A stretch of DNA of 64,000 nucleotides, taken from contig JALWKO010000026.1 in NCBI GenBank assembly GCA_027081405.1, positions 100-64,099 on the forward strand. The letters run 5' to 3'. Source of the stretch: Campylobacteraceae bacterium (GTDB lineage Bacteria; Campylobacterota; Campylobacteria; Campylobacterales; Sulfurovaceae). Under the pieces are notes generated by a model. It searched no databases. It worked only from the letters and a program-made list of their open reading frames with translations, and was not told the origin of the DNA. Each line of letters begins with the position of its first letter. The stretch's first letter is position 1. Shown here in pieces: positions 47,780-57,797 of this stretch. Made by a program: the position numbers and the translations under genes.

Positions 47780-50296
47780 ATGGTGAAAATCTCTCGATAC
47801 AACTTTTCGATATTCGGACGGGTGGCGGCTTTGATCGCGGCTTGTGTCGTTTCGGCCGCGGCTTCGGTGACGCTGATCGCCGACGGTTCGTCCAAAATGG
47901 GTGTCGCCGAAGGGAAACGCAGCGAGATCAATCGCATTCTCCAAAACGATCCGCTCGTATCGGCCCTGAACCGGTCGGTGGGTGCGAAATTCCAGGTGGT
48001 TTCCCAAGGGGGCACCTATACGGTGCAGAGCCAATCGTTGCCCTCAGATACCCATACGGCGGCGCTTTACTGGGTACTGAAACAAAAATACCCCGCCATG
48101 GCAGCACTCTCCGATTCGGCCGATTCGGTTGTCCCTCCGGTCGCGGGCAAGGGGACTTCGCAAGGAGCCAACGAGACCCTTCGGCTTTGGCTGGCCCTTT
48201 TTGCGTTGGCGATCGTGGGGGTTTTGGCTCTATTTGTGAGTTCATTGCAATTGCGCAAGCTCCAAAAAAAATATTGGGAGATGGAGAAAAACAACGAGGA
48301 GATCGAAAAACGCCTCAGCGGATTTTTTAGCACCATGAGTGAAGAGATTTTCTCCAAAAGCAAAGAGGCGAGTCGAGAACTCGATCGGATCATGCACGAT
48401 GTTCCGCAGGTCAAAAACGATCGAAACATCGAAAAAGTGATCGAGTTGGAAAATCAGATTCTCGACAATTCGATGAACCTTCTCAATTTTCTCAAGCTCA
48501 AAGCCAAGAAAATCACGGTAAAAAACGAGCCTTTTGACATCAACAACCTCCTTGACGACGTATTGGGGAGCCTCAAAAGCGAACTTTCCCAGGTGCACAG
48601 CGAATTGATTTTCGAGATCGAAAAGGAAGTCCCCCGCCATCTGATCGGGGATTTTTCCCATCTGAGCGAAATTTTGCGCAACCTTCTCGAACACGCGCTG
48701 TTGCACAATGTGGGAGAAGACGTCCGCTTGCAGATCGGGGCGTATCGCCCCTATTCGGGGGATTCGGAATTGCAGTTTCGGATCTATTTTGACACCGTCT
48801 GCGAAAACGAGCCCGATCCGGATGAGTTTTTCGTCCCGGTACGGGACGAAAATAGCGGGGAGTACCGCCGTTTGGGACTTTTCGTTGCGCGGGAACTGGT
48901 GAAACTCTCCGGCGGACATTTGGGGGTCTATTGTGGACGGAAACGGAGTGAGCGGATCTTCGATCTGACGCTCAATCTGGAAGCGGCCAACAAAAACGAA
49001 GCACGAAAATATCACCTCCCCGATCATCGGATGATCGAAAAAAACATCCTGATCGTCAACCAAAGTTTCGACGCATCGCTAGGGATCAAACGGGCTTTTG
49101 CCTATTTCCGGCACAAGGTCGACATCCTGGACGTGGAGACATTTGAGAGGAAACGCCCCCGCTTCGAAAAGTACGATCTGGTGCTCATCGACGAAGGCCT
49201 CATCGACGAAGCGTTGCTGGACCATTTCCATTCCCTCCGTCAAAAACGGTATCTCAAAGTCGTTGCTTTGCACAACATCTTCACGCCGCCTCGGACGTTC
49301 AAACCCGGGATCATTTCCAAAACCCTCAACAAACCGGTTACTCAGCTTGCGGCATTTACCTTGATTGTGGAACTTTTCTCGCCAGGGGCGTCCGAAACGG
49401 AGCATGAGATCCCCTCCGAAGGCAGATCCCAAACACCGGAAACGGAGACCAAGAGGCCCTTTATCACCGATTATCCCCCCCATCCCGGTACGTCGTTGAG
49501 CGATTTCGCCCGCTTTGGAGGCCATACGCTTCTCGTCGCCGAAGACAATCCGATCAACTACAAAATGCTCGAACGGATCCTTGCCGCTTCGGGGATGGAG
49601 ATCATCCACGCCCAAAACGGCCAAGAAGCGGTGGAGACGATGAAACGTTCCAAACCCGGCAGCGTCGATCTGATCCTCATGGACATCAACATGCCGGTGA
49701 TGGACGGTTATGAAGCGACCCAGGAGATCCGGCAACTTCCCAGTGGGCAGGATCTCCCCATCGTGGCCCTTTCGGCGCTCAATCTCGAGAACGAGATCAA
49801 ACGGATGCAAAGTGCAGGTCTGGACGGTTATCTGCCCAAACCGCTCGATCTGGGGAAACTCTACAGCGCATTCGAGCGCCATCTCCCGCTGCAAAAGACC
49901 AAAACCGCCCGGAACAAGCAGGAAGTCCCGGAATTGACCCTCATCGATCTGGAGAAGGCCAAAGAACGTGCCAACGGAAACGAAGTGTTGATGTACGAGA
50001 TTTTCGAGAGTTTCCTAGATGTATACGGCGATAGCGATCACAAACTCCGGCAATTGGCGATGGAAGGGGATTACGATGCGATGCGTGCGATGTTGTTGGA
50101 CATCCTGGGGATCAGCGGCACGATCGCGTCGGAGCGTTTCTATCAGAGGGTCAAAGAGCTCTACAAAGTGCTGCTTTTAAACAAACTCGATGCGGTCGAT
50201 GCGGCACTGGAAGAATATTCGCAAACGCTCATCGCCCTCAAAAAAGAGCTGCGCCCTTACCTCTACGCTATCGGGCATTTTGGCGACGAAGAGTAG
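47780..50296 (+). CDS. hybrid sensor kinase-like protein (HisKA-like, HATPase-like, pseudo-REC, REC, HPt-like)
   Basis: REC domain intact (LLVAEDNPIN...DLILMDINMP...YLPKP). The kinase and HPt motifs look degenerate (see findings). Start taken at MVKISRY and is uncertain. Confidence 0.8.
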   Translation: MVKISRYNFSIFGRVAALIAACVVSAAASVTLIADGSSKMGVAEGKRSEINRILQNDPLVSALNRSVGAKFQVVSQGGTYTVQSQSLPSDTHTAALYWVLKQKYPAMAALSDSADSVVPPVAGKGTSQGANETLRLWLALFALAIVGVLALFVSSLQLRKLQKKYWEMEKNNEEIEKRLSGFFSTMSEEIFSKSKEASRELDRIMHDVPQVKNDRNIEKVIELENQILDNSMNLLNFLKLKAKKITVKNEPFDINNLLDDVLGSLKSELSQVHSELIFEIEKEVPRHLIGDFSHLSEILRNLLEHALLHNVGEDVRLQIGAYRPYSGDSELQFRIYFDTVCENEPDPDEFFVPVRDENSGEYRRLGLFVARELVKLSGGHLGVYCGRKRSERIFDLTLNLEAANKNEARKYHLPDHRMIEKNILIVNQSFDASLGIKRAFAYFRHKVDILDVETFERKRPRFEKYDLVLIDEGLIDEALLDHFHSLRQKRYLKVVALHNIFTPPRTFKPGIISKTLNKPVTQLAAFTLIVELFSPGASETEHEIPSEGRSQTPETETKRPFITDYPPHPGTSLSDFARFGGHTLLVAEDNPINYKMLERILAASGMEIIHAQNGQEAVETMKRSKPGSVDLILMDINMPVMDGYEATQEIRQLPSGQDLPIVALSALNLENEIKRMQSAGLDGYLPKPLDLGKLYSAFERHLPLQKTKTARNKQEVPELTLIDLEKAKERANGNEVLMYEIFESFLDVYGDSDHKLRQLAMEGDYDAMRAMLLDILGISGTIASERFYQRVKELYKVLLLNKLDAVDAALEEYSQTLIALKKELRPYLYAIGHFGDEE

Positions 50297-50304
50297 TATG
50301 TTTG

Positions 50305-50859
50305 TTACCGATTGACAGAAGATGCGCCGACAGGGGTAGCGGGGATGATGATCTTCTCGACCTTCCACGGTGCATCACTTTCGATCGGACGGGTGTAATG
50401 AGATATTTCCCATCCTTGCGGGCCGTTTTGCAGTAACACCGTATGACACGCTCCACTTTCCCGGCCGCAGATCTCTCCCGGGTTGAGGTAGAGGCTCTCC
50501 CCTTTGGCCTCCCATGCGAAACGGTGGGTGTGGCCGTAGACGATCAGATCGGCGTCGGGGGTGAGATAGTAGGGCAGGTGCATGAGCTTCACCCGCAGCG
50601 GTCCCACCCGGAGATAGCGGGGTTCGCCCCCCAGCCGGTAGGTGTCGCACAGCGGCGCGAGGCTGTGGTCGTTGTTGCCCAATACCGCCGCGTACGGAAG
50701 GCCGCAGGTCTCCAGCTGCCGGAGATTCTCTTCGATGCAGAGATCCCCCGCGTGGAGCAGATGGGTGGCCCCTTCCTCCAGGAGTTTTTCCAGCGCCACG
50801 CGCTGCAGGTCGCTGCGGCGGTGGGGATCGGAGAGGATGCCGATTTTCAGGGGAGCCAT
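50305..50859 (-). CDS. metallophosphoesterase (YfcE/MJ0936 family)
   Basis: 184 aa from MAPLKIGILSDPH, with motifs GDL, GNND and GHTH. Confidence 0.85.
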   Translation of the reverse strand: MAPLKIGILSDPHRRSDLQRVALEKLLEEGATHLLHAGDLCIEENLRQLETCGLPYAAVLGNNDHSLAPLCDTYRLGGEPRYLRVGPLRVKLMHLPYYLTPDADLIVYGHTHRFAWEAKGESLYLNPGEICGRESGACHTVLLQNGPQGWEISHYTRPIESDAPWKVEKIIIPATPVGASSVNR

Positions 50860-50876
50860 TTGCGATCCTTTGGGCC

Positions 50877-50956
50877 GAGTGAGGAGTGAGGAATGAGGAG
50901 TGAGGAACCGATTTTGAAACTCTTCATTCTTTCCTCTTCCCTCTTCACTTTTCACT
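50877..50956. repeat. head-to-head heptamer arrays (GAGTGAG/GAATGAG, then CTCTTCA-type)
   Basis: gagtgaggagtgaggaatgaggagtgaggaa ... ctcttcattctttcctcttccctcttcacttttcac. Confidence 0.8.
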
Positions 50957-50978
50957 TGTAGGCGGAAAACCGCCTACA
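50957..50978 (-). terminator. hairpin tgtaggcgg-aaaa-ccgcctaca overlapping the glcD stop codon
   Basis: Perfect 9 bp stem. Confidence 0.5.
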
Positions 50979-52356
50979 ACCCCATCTTGCCGGGATTGAG
51001 GATCCCGTTGGGGTCGAAGGCGTGTTTGATCTTCCGGAAAAGCTCCAGTTCGGCGGGGGTGAAGGCGATCTCCATGAATTCGGCTTTGCTCAGGCCGATC
51101 CCGTGTTCGCCGCTGAGGGTGCCCCCCATGTCGACCACGAGCCGGAAGATCTCCCGGATCGCCTTGTGGCCGTTTTCGAGCTGTTCGGGGTCGCTGCCGT
51201 CGACCATGACGTTGACGTGGATGTTGCCGTCACCGGCGTGCCCGAAGCAGGGGACCACCAGGCCGTATTTCTCCCCGATGGCGTAGATCCGCTCCAGCGC
51301 TTCGGGGAGTTTGCTCCGGGGGACCGAGATGTCTTCGTTGAGCTTTTTGCTCCCGTACATGGTGATCGAAGGGGAGGCGCCCCGGCGGGCTTTCCAGATC
51401 TCCTCCCGCTCGGCGGGATCTTCGGCGACGCGGAACTCCTGGGCCCCGTTTTCCCGGAAGGATTTTTCGAGGATTTTCAGCTGAAACTCGATCTCTTCGG
51501 GGACGTTACCGTCCACGTCTCCCACCAGCAGGGCGCCCGCCTCTTCGGGGAGGGAGATCCCCAGCTTCTCTTTGACCGCTTTGACCACCAGCGCGTCGAG
51601 GAACTCCATCGCCACGGGGTTGGCGCCGTTTGCCAGCGATTTGAACACGGCGTTCATCGCCGCTTCGACATCGGGGAAGATCCCCATGTAGGATTTGGCG
51701 TAGCGGGGTTTGGGGAGGAGTTTGAGGGTGATTTCGGTGATCACCGCCAAGGTCCCTTCGCTGGCGATGAGGATCCCCGCGACGTTGTATCCGGCCACGT
51801 CCTTGATGGTCCGTTTCCCCGCGCGGATGATCTCTCCATTGGGGAGGACCGCCCGCAGCGCCATGACGAAATCCTTGGTCAGGCCGTATTTGGCCGCCCG
51901 CATCCCTCCGGCGTTTTCGCTGACGTTTCCGCCGATGGTGGAGTACTCCTCGCTGGCCGGATCGGGGGGATAGAACAGCCCCATGGCTTCCACGTGGCGC
52001 TGGAGGTCCTTGTTGATCACGCCGGGCTGGACGACGGCGAGCATGTTTTCCCGGTCGATTTCGAGGATTTGGTTCATGTGCCGCTCGAGCGCCAGGACGA
52101 TCCCCCCGTTCACCGGGAGGGCGCCGCCGGTGAAACCGCTGCCGGCTCCCCGGGGGACGATGGCGATGCGGTGTTCGTCGCAGTAGCGCAGCACGCGGCT
52201 GACGTCTTCTTCGTTCCGGGGGAAGACCACCGCGTCGGGTTCGTAACGCTCTCTCGTGGCGTCGTAGCTGTAGGCGACGCGGTGGGCCTTGTCGGAATGG
52301 ACGTTCTCCTCACCCACGATGGAGGCGAGGGCCTGGATATGCTTGGGATCGATCAC
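50974..52356 (-). CDS. glcD: FAD-linked oxidase (glycolate oxidase GlcD / D-lactate dehydrogenase family)
   Basis: 460 aa with an FAD-binding PCMH domain (IVPRGAGSGFTGG) and the C-terminal motif GTLSGEHGIG. Confidence 0.9.
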   Translation of the reverse strand: MIDPKHIQALASIVGEENVHSDKAHRVAYSYDATRERYEPDAVVFPRNEEDVSRVLRYCDEHRIAIVPRGAGSGFTGGALPVNGGIVLALERHMNQILEIDRENMLAVVQPGVINKDLQRHVEAMGLFYPPDPASEEYSTIGGNVSENAGGMRAAKYGLTKDFVMALRAVLPNGEIIRAGKRTIKDVAGYNVAGILIASEGTLAVITEITLKLLPKPRYAKSYMGIFPDVEAAMNAVFKSLANGANPVAMEFLDALVVKAVKEKLGISLPEEAGALLVGDVDGNVPEEIEFQLKILEKSFRENGAQEFRVAEDPAEREEIWKARRGASPSITMYGSKKLNEDISVPRSKLPEALERIYAIGEKYGLVVPCFGHAGDGNIHVNVMVDGSDPEQLENGHKAIREIFRLVVDMGGTLSGEHGIGLSKAEFMEIAFTPAELELFRKIKHAFDPNGILNPGKMGL

Positions 52357-53033
52357 CGGAACGCTCCTATGGTTTCGTAGTAGTTGCCGCCGCTACCGGA
52401 GAAAAGCCCTCCGGGGATGGAAGAGAAGCGGCTGTAGAAGGGGGATTTGGCTCCGTTTCCTTTGGGGTGGAAGGGGACGCGCTTGATCACCCGGGAACTG
52501 ATCGGATCGAAAAGCACGAGCCGGTCTTTGCCGACGAGGGCCACGAGTCCTACTTGGGCGTCACGGGCGAAGGCGGCCAGGTTGTCGGGGGTGGGGTGGC
52601 TCTCCCCCTCCCGGGCCAGAAACGCGGCGTAAAGATCGGGATGGATCCAGAATTTCCCGCCGCCCTGTGCGATGGCGTTGTAGGTCGCGGCGTTGGGGGC
52701 GATCACCAGGATGTTGGAGTAGAGGTAGCCTCCGATCACCCGATCCCCCGGAGCGATCGTGTGTTTGGGGGAGGGTAGTCCCCGGTGAGGCAGAAGGGTC
52801 CGCCCGATCACCCGGACGGTGCCGGGGCGCTCCTGGACCACGACGGCGGTGATCGCCTGGCGCCCTTTGCCGAAATCGTGGATCACGATCCCGCTCATGC
52901 CGTTGAGGGGGAAAGGGCGTTTGAGCGTCGCTTCGGATCCCGATACCGCGGTGACGACGGTACGGACGGTTCCGGGGAAAATCCCCGCGGCGACGAAAGC
53001 GCTCAACGCGAAAAAAAGAATCCATCGTTTCAT
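52353..53033 (-). CDS. periplasmic protein, PgbA N-terminal-domain-like
   Basis: 226 aa with a signal peptide and SD aagga. The family call is from memory of epsilonproteobacterial PgbA_N proteins and is tentative. Confidence 0.5.
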   Translation of the reverse strand: MKRWILFFALSAFVAAGIFPGTVRTVVTAVSGSEATLKRPFPLNGMSGIVIHDFGKGRQAITAVVVQERPGTVRVIGRTLLPHRGLPSPKHTIAPGDRVIGGYLYSNILVIAPNAATYNAIAQGGGKFWIHPDLYAAFLAREGESHPTPDNLAAFARDAQVGLVALVGKDRLVLFDPISSRVIKRVPFHPKGNGAKSPFYSRFSSIPGGLFSGSGGNYYETIGAFR

Positions 53034-53176
53034 GGCGATCCTTTCGGGAGAATCGTGACCTGACCCACAGGCGAATGTGCTTTGATATAATACACACTTT
53101 TACGACTATAAGCTTCATCGCGGCGTGCAAGCGCGATCTATGCATTCAAACAAAATCCACTACCAAGGGACCGAAA

Positions 53177-54538
53177 GTGATCGGAGCGAAACGGATTGTT
53201 ATGCTGTGGATCGTTTGGGGTATTGCGTGGCTCGGTGCCGCTACGATCCAGCGATCCATCTGGAAACCGGGGGAAACCTTCTCCGAATACCTTCAGCGCA
53301 GAGGAGTTCCCCTCCAGGTGCTTCGCTCCATCTCCCCCGAGGATAGCAAATACCTCTACGAGATTCAAGGGGGGGAGCCGTTTTTTGAATTGATCGACGA
53401 CAATGGAACACTACTGCAATCGCTCATCCCTTTGGGAGAAGAGATGCAAATCGCCCTTTCAAGGCAATGGGGTAGCGGGGCGTACCGTTTCGACATCGTA
53501 CCGATCGTGCACAAGGAGGTCCACGACACGGTGGCCCTCTCGGTACGAAGCAGCTGCTATCGGGACATCGATCGCGTGACGAACAATCCCCGGTTGGGCT
53601 TCATCCTCAAAACGCTTTATAAGCGGCGGGTTGACTTTCGCAAACTCCGAAAAGGGGATCGGATCGTGTTTGCCTATCGCCAAAAAAGTCGCCTGGGAGA
53701 GCCGTGGGGTCAGCCGGTATTTCAAGGGGCGGTGATCCGAACTCGGGGGAAGGACCATTTTATCTTCGTCGATCGGGACGGAAATAGCTGGCTCAAACCG
53801 TACAAAGAGGTCAAGACGGTCCATACCGGGACGAAGACGGTTTATGAGACGGTGACCCGAAAAATCCGTACCCTACGTAACAGAAAGGGATACATCCGCC
53901 CCATTCCCGGGGCGCGGATCACGTCGCCGTTTTCGTACAAGCGCTGGCATCCGATCCTTCATCGGTACCGTCCCCATCTGGGGATCGATTTCGGTGCACG
54001 CAGAGGGACTCCCATCCATGCGGTCAATCGTGGTCGGGTGATCTACGCCGGATGGATGCGGGGCTACGGAAAGGTGGTCAAGATCGATCACGGAGACGGG
54101 TATGTCTCGCTCTATGCCCATCAAAGCCGAATCCGGGTGCATCGGGGGCAATATGTTTCCCGGGGACAGATCATCGGGTATGTGGGGAGTACGGGGCGGA
54201 GTACGGGGCCCCATTTGCATTTCGGTCTCTATCGGCGGGGACGGGCGATCAATCCCCTGCACGTGATCGGAAAAGGGGGAAGCCGGTATGTTGTCACCGA
54301 GGTGACCGAACGGAAAAAACGGATCAAGAAATTTGCGAAAACCGAGATCAAAAAAGTTCCCATTCCGGGAGCCGAGAAACTCAAGAAACGGATGGAAACG
54401 CTTTTGCATAGTTCGAGTGTGAAAGGGTATCGCTGGAGAGAGATCGCGGATCGTTTGATCTACGTGGATCAGATCACGAAGCACAAGGAGGCTTCGAATG
54501 AAACCGGATACGACGATTACGGCCAAACAGACCGGTAA
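53177..54538 (+). CDS. M23 family metallopeptidase
   Basis: HxxxD (HLGIDFGA) and HxH (GPHLHF) motifs with an N-terminal anchor. Start taken at GTG 53177; an alternative ATG is at 53201. Confidence 0.85.
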   Translation: MIGAKRIVMLWIVWGIAWLGAATIQRSIWKPGETFSEYLQRRGVPLQVLRSISPEDSKYLYEIQGGEPFFELIDDNGTLLQSLIPLGEEMQIALSRQWGSGAYRFDIVPIVHKEVHDTVALSVRSSCYRDIDRVTNNPRLGFILKTLYKRRVDFRKLRKGDRIVFAYRQKSRLGEPWGQPVFQGAVIRTRGKDHFIFVDRDGNSWLKPYKEVKTVHTGTKTVYETVTRKIRTLRNRKGYIRPIPGARITSPFSYKRWHPILHRYRPHLGIDFGARRGTPIHAVNRGRVIYAGWMRGYGKVVKIDHGDGYVSLYAHQSRIRVHRGQYVSRGQIIGYVGSTGRSTGPHLHFGLYRRGRAINPLHVIGKGGSRYVVTEVTERKKRIKKFAKTEIKKVPIPGAEKLKKRMETLLHSSSVKGYRWREIADRLIYVDQITKHKEASNETGYDDYGQTDR

Positions 54539-55862
54539 GCGCCTTTTCGAAAACGAAACGCAAATGGAGAATTATCACGCCAGTGAACTGGCTCGGATTC
54601 TGAGGGATCTGTACACAGAGGAGGGGGAAGAAGCGTTTTTGGAACTTCTGCGCCGGATCCCCGAAGATCGTTTGGGCGAAGTGCTGCTGGAGCTTCCGGA
54701 GCACCTCAAGGAGGAAGCCCTCGAAGTCCTTTCGGTGCGGAAACTGGCCGATGCGGTAGACGAGCTCGATAGCGACGACGCGGCCGATCTGATGCAAGAC
54801 ATCGTCGATATCGACGAAGAAAAAGAGCGGCAAGTACTCTCCAATCTCTCGGAGGAGGATGCGCAGCGGATCGAGACGCTGCTGGGATACGGAGAGGATC
54901 AAGCCGGATCGCTGATGCAGACCGAGCTGTTCTCCGCTTCGCTGGACGAACCGATCGGAGAAGCGGTGGAGCGGCTCCGCCGGCTTCGGGAAGAGAAGGG
55001 GCTGGAGAACGTCCATCTGGTTTTTTTGGTGGATCGCTTCGGTTTCTATATCGGCGCGATGCCTCTGGAGGAGGTGATCACCTACGATTTCGGCCGGAGT
55101 TTCCGGGACTACCTCCGGGAAGAGCACAAGCTCTACCCTTCGGTGAAGGCGACCGATCCGGTCGATGCGGTGATTCGGCTTTTCGAGGATTACAACCTGG
55201 TCGTTTTGCCGGTCACTGACGAAAAAGGGAAACTGCTGGGGCGGATCACTTCCGATGACATCGTCGACGTGATCGAAGAGCGGGCCACCGAGCAGATGTA
55301 CAAAATGGCCGGAGTCGACGAAGCCTCCGAGGAGGAGCGCCACATCGGAGTGATCACCCGCAAACGGGCGGTCTGGTTGGGGATCAACCTCGTGACGGCG
55401 ATTCTGGCTTCGGCGGTGATCGGCCTTTTTGACCAGACGATCCAGGCCTATGTGGCGCTGGCGGTCCTCATGCCGATCGTCGCCTCGATGGGGGGCAACG
55501 CCGGAACCCAGTCGCTGACGGTCATGGTGCGTCAGCTGGCCCTGGGTGAACTCACGAGCAAAGAGGCCAAAGGGGCGGTGGTGCGCGAAGTGCTCGTCTC
55601 TCTCCTTAATGGACTAATCTTCGCCCTCGTCATGGGGCTGGTGGCATTTCTGTGGTTCCACGATCCCCGCCTAGGGATCGTCATCGCCCTGGCGATGGTG
55701 ATCAATCTCCTTTTCGCTGGGCTTTTCGGGGCGCTGATCCCCCTGGGGCTTCGCCGGATGGGGATCGATCCGGCGATCGCCTCTTCGGTCTTGCTGACCA
55801 CCGTCACCGATGTAGTGGGCTTTTTCGCCTTTCTGGGGCTGGCCAAATGGATTCTCCTATGA
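54498..55862 (+). CDS. mgtE: magnesium transporter MgtE
   Basis: 454 aa with an N-terminal domain, CBS pair and 5-TM domain (GNAGTQS motif). SD aaggagg. Confidence 0.95.
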   Translation: MKPDTTITAKQTGKRLFENETQMENYHASELARILRDLYTEEGEEAFLELLRRIPEDRLGEVLLELPEHLKEEALEVLSVRKLADAVDELDSDDAADLMQDIVDIDEEKERQVLSNLSEEDAQRIETLLGYGEDQAGSLMQTELFSASLDEPIGEAVERLRRLREEKGLENVHLVFLVDRFGFYIGAMPLEEVITYDFGRSFRDYLREEHKLYPSVKATDPVDAVIRLFEDYNLVVLPVTDEKGKLLGRITSDDIVDVIEERATEQMYKMAGVDEASEEERHIGVITRKRAVWLGINLVTAILASAVIGLFDQTIQAYVALAVLMPIVASMGGNAGTQSLTVMVRQLALGELTSKEAKGAVVREVLVSLLNGLIFALVMGLVAFLWFHDPRLGIVIALAMVINLLFAGLFGALIPLGLRRMGIDPAIASSVLLTTVTDVVGFFAFLGLAKWILL

Positions 55863-56446
55863 AACCGAATATCGAAAATTTCCGGCTCGAACCGTTGCGG
55901 GAGGGGCGATTCGTTCGTCCGTTTCTGGCCCGTTTTTCCATGGACGGGGAAGAGCGAACCTGGGAATTGGTCCGCTCCGGCGATAGCGTGGCGGTGCTGA
56001 TTTGGCATCGGGAGCGGGAACGCTTCGTCCTAGTCCGGCAGTTTCGCCCCGCGGTCTACGTGCACAATTACGAGGGAATGACGGTGGAGCTCTGTGCCGG
56101 GTTGGTGGACAAGGATCTCCCCATCGAGCGGATCGCCGCCGAGGAGGTAGAAGAAGAGTGCGGTTACCGGGTCGATCCCAAGGCGCTTCGGAAGGTGACC
56201 TCCTACTATGCTTCGGTCGGTTTTTCGGGGAGTCGGCAGACCCTGTTCTATGTGGAAGTGGACGAGTCGATGCATATCGGTCCCGGGGGAGGGATCCCCG
56301 GAGAAGAGGCGATCGAAGTGGTGGAACTCAGCCCCGAAGAGGGGCGGAGTTTGCTTTTTGACGAGGAGACGGCGCGAACGCCCGGATTGCTATTTGCCTT
56401 GACGTGGTGGTTCAGTTGCCGCCCGACTTGTCCACCGCTTCGATGA
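55859..56446 (+). CDS. NUDIX hydrolase (ADP-sugar pyrophosphatase-like)
   Basis: 195 aa. ATGA overlap with mgtE. Nudix box AGLVDKD...ERIAAEEVEEECG. Confidence 0.85.
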   Translation: MKPNIENFRLEPLREGRFVRPFLARFSMDGEERTWELVRSGDSVAVLIWHRERERFVLVRQFRPAVYVHNYEGMTVELCAGLVDKDLPIERIAAEEVEEECGYRVDPKALRKVTSYYASVGFSGSRQTLFYVEVDESMHIGPGGGIPGEEAIEVVELSPEEGRSLLFDEETARTPGLLFALTWWFSCRPTCPPLR

Positions 56447-56921
56447 GCGAAGCGTAGTATCGGCTGCCGTCGGAGAAGGTGTTGACGGTGAGTTTGCTAA
56501 ACGCCTCCAGATAGTCCCAGAACTCCCGCTTCGCCTCGGGATCGAGCCCCGTTTCCTCCTCCAGGGCTTCCCGCATCGTCCCGAGCCATTCGATCCGGGC
56601 CTTTTCGTTGATCGAAAACTCGTCGTGGATCCGGATCATGTATTCGTTGAGATCCATTCCGCCCGCCTCTTCGTCGTAGACTTTCGGACCGCCGCAGATC
56701 TGGATGAAAAAGCGGGTGTTTTTCTCTTTGACTTTGGCGAACTCCTCTTCGTCCTGGGGGAAAAAATGGGCGATGTCGCTTTCGTAGATCTCATCGTAAA
56801 AACGATACATCAGCCGCCGCATCCCCTCCTCGCCCCCGATCGCCTCGTAGAAGCGGCGGGTGGGATTGGAGAAGCGGACCTTCCTGCCTTTTTCGACCGG
56901 AGTGATGGGCAGATCGTACAT
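56412..56921 (-). CDS. globin-like (truncated hemoglobin superfamily) protein
   Basis: 169 aa from [10 protein letters not shown]. Pattern FYDEIY...IAHFF...FFIQICGGPKVY...RIHDEF.I...WLGTM. The start overlaps the thiG stop. Confidence 0.65.
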   Translation of the reverse strand: MYDLPITPVEKGRKVRFSNPTRRFYEAIGGEEGMRRLMYRFYDEIYESDIAHFFPQDEEEFAKVKEKNTRFFIQICGGPKVYDEEAGGMDLNEYMIRIHDEFSINEKARIEWLGTMREALEEETGLDPEAKREFWDYLEAFSKLTVNTFSDGSRYYASLIEAVDKSGGN

Positions 56922-57697
56922 CAGAAAATCATCCCGTCCACCGGAGAGCTGGCGGTGGCGAAGGGGCGTTTGGGGATCCGACCGGCTTTGTAGCTCATCC
57001 GCCCGGCGATCACGGCGTGTTTCATCGCCTCGGCCATGAGGATCGGGTTGTCGGCCTGGGCGATGGCAGTGTTGGTGAGCACTCCGTCGGCCCCCAGCTC
57101 CATCGCCGCCGCCGCGTCGCTGGCGCAGCCGATCCCGGCATCCACGATCACCGGGACCGAGACCGCCTCTTTGATGAAGACCACGTTGAAACGGTTCTGG
57201 ATCCCCAGTCCCGATCCGATGGGGGCCGCCAGGGGCATCACCGCCGCGGCACCGGCCTCCTCGAGCCGTTTGGCGACGACGGGGTCGTCGTTGGTGTAGG
57301 CCATGATCGTGAAGCCGTCCTTGGCCAGCACTTCGCAGGCCTTGATCGTTTCGATCACGTCGGGATAGAGGGTTTTGGAGGTGTCGCCGATCACCTCGAG
57401 CTTGATCAGGTCGATCCCGGTGGCCTCGCGGGTGAGGCGGAAAAGGGTGATCGCCTCCTCGGCGGTGGTACACCCCGCGCTGTTGGGGAGGAACTTCACG
57501 TCGGTGTCTTTGAAGTAGTCCATGAGGTTCTCTTCATCGGGGTTGGTAATGTTGACCCGCCGCACCGCTACGGTGATCAGCTCGCTGCCGCTGGCGAGCG
57601 TCGCGTCCCGGGTGGTCTGAAAATCGGGGTATTTGCCGCTCCCGACGATCAGACGGCTGGTGAATTCGTATTTTCCGATTTTTAGGATGTCGCTCAT
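56921..57697 (-). CDS. thiG: thiazole synthase
   Basis: 258 aa from [23 protein letters not shown]. ThiG signature with the Schiff-base Lys in IKLEVIGD. Confidence 0.95.
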   Translation of the reverse strand: MSDILKIGKYEFTSRLIVGSGKYPDFQTTRDATLASGSELITVAVRRVNITNPDEENLMDYFKDTDVKFLPNSAGCTTAEEAITLFRLTREATGIDLIKLEVIGDTSKTLYPDVIETIKACEVLAKDGFTIMAYTNDDPVVAKRLEEAGAAAVMPLAAPIGSGLGIQNRFNVVFIKEAVSVPVIVDAGIGCASDAAAAMELGADGVLTNTAIAQADNPILMAEAMKHAVIAGRMSYKAGRIPKRPFATASSPVDGMIF

Positions 57698-57797
57698 TTC
57701 GTTTCCTTTTCGCCTTGGGTTGGGGGCGGCCCGCGGATCGTGCCGACACGCCCACAATGAACGCGATCGTTTCGTGAAGGTTATAACGACCCGGAGC

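Noticed and set aside
56412-57473. The 353 aa ORF fusing the globin-like gene to sequence overlapping thiG.
   Set aside because: The upstream 184 codons are an alternative frame of thiG and are Arg/Gly/Asp-rich. The globin-like part starts at the ATG overlapping the thiG stop.
57698-57797. A TPP riboswitch upstream of thiG.
   Set aside because: The minus-strand leader lacks the conserved CUGAGA and ACCUGAUCUGGAUAAUGCCAGCG-like cores. The spacer after purN is only 100 nt, so co-transcription is likely.
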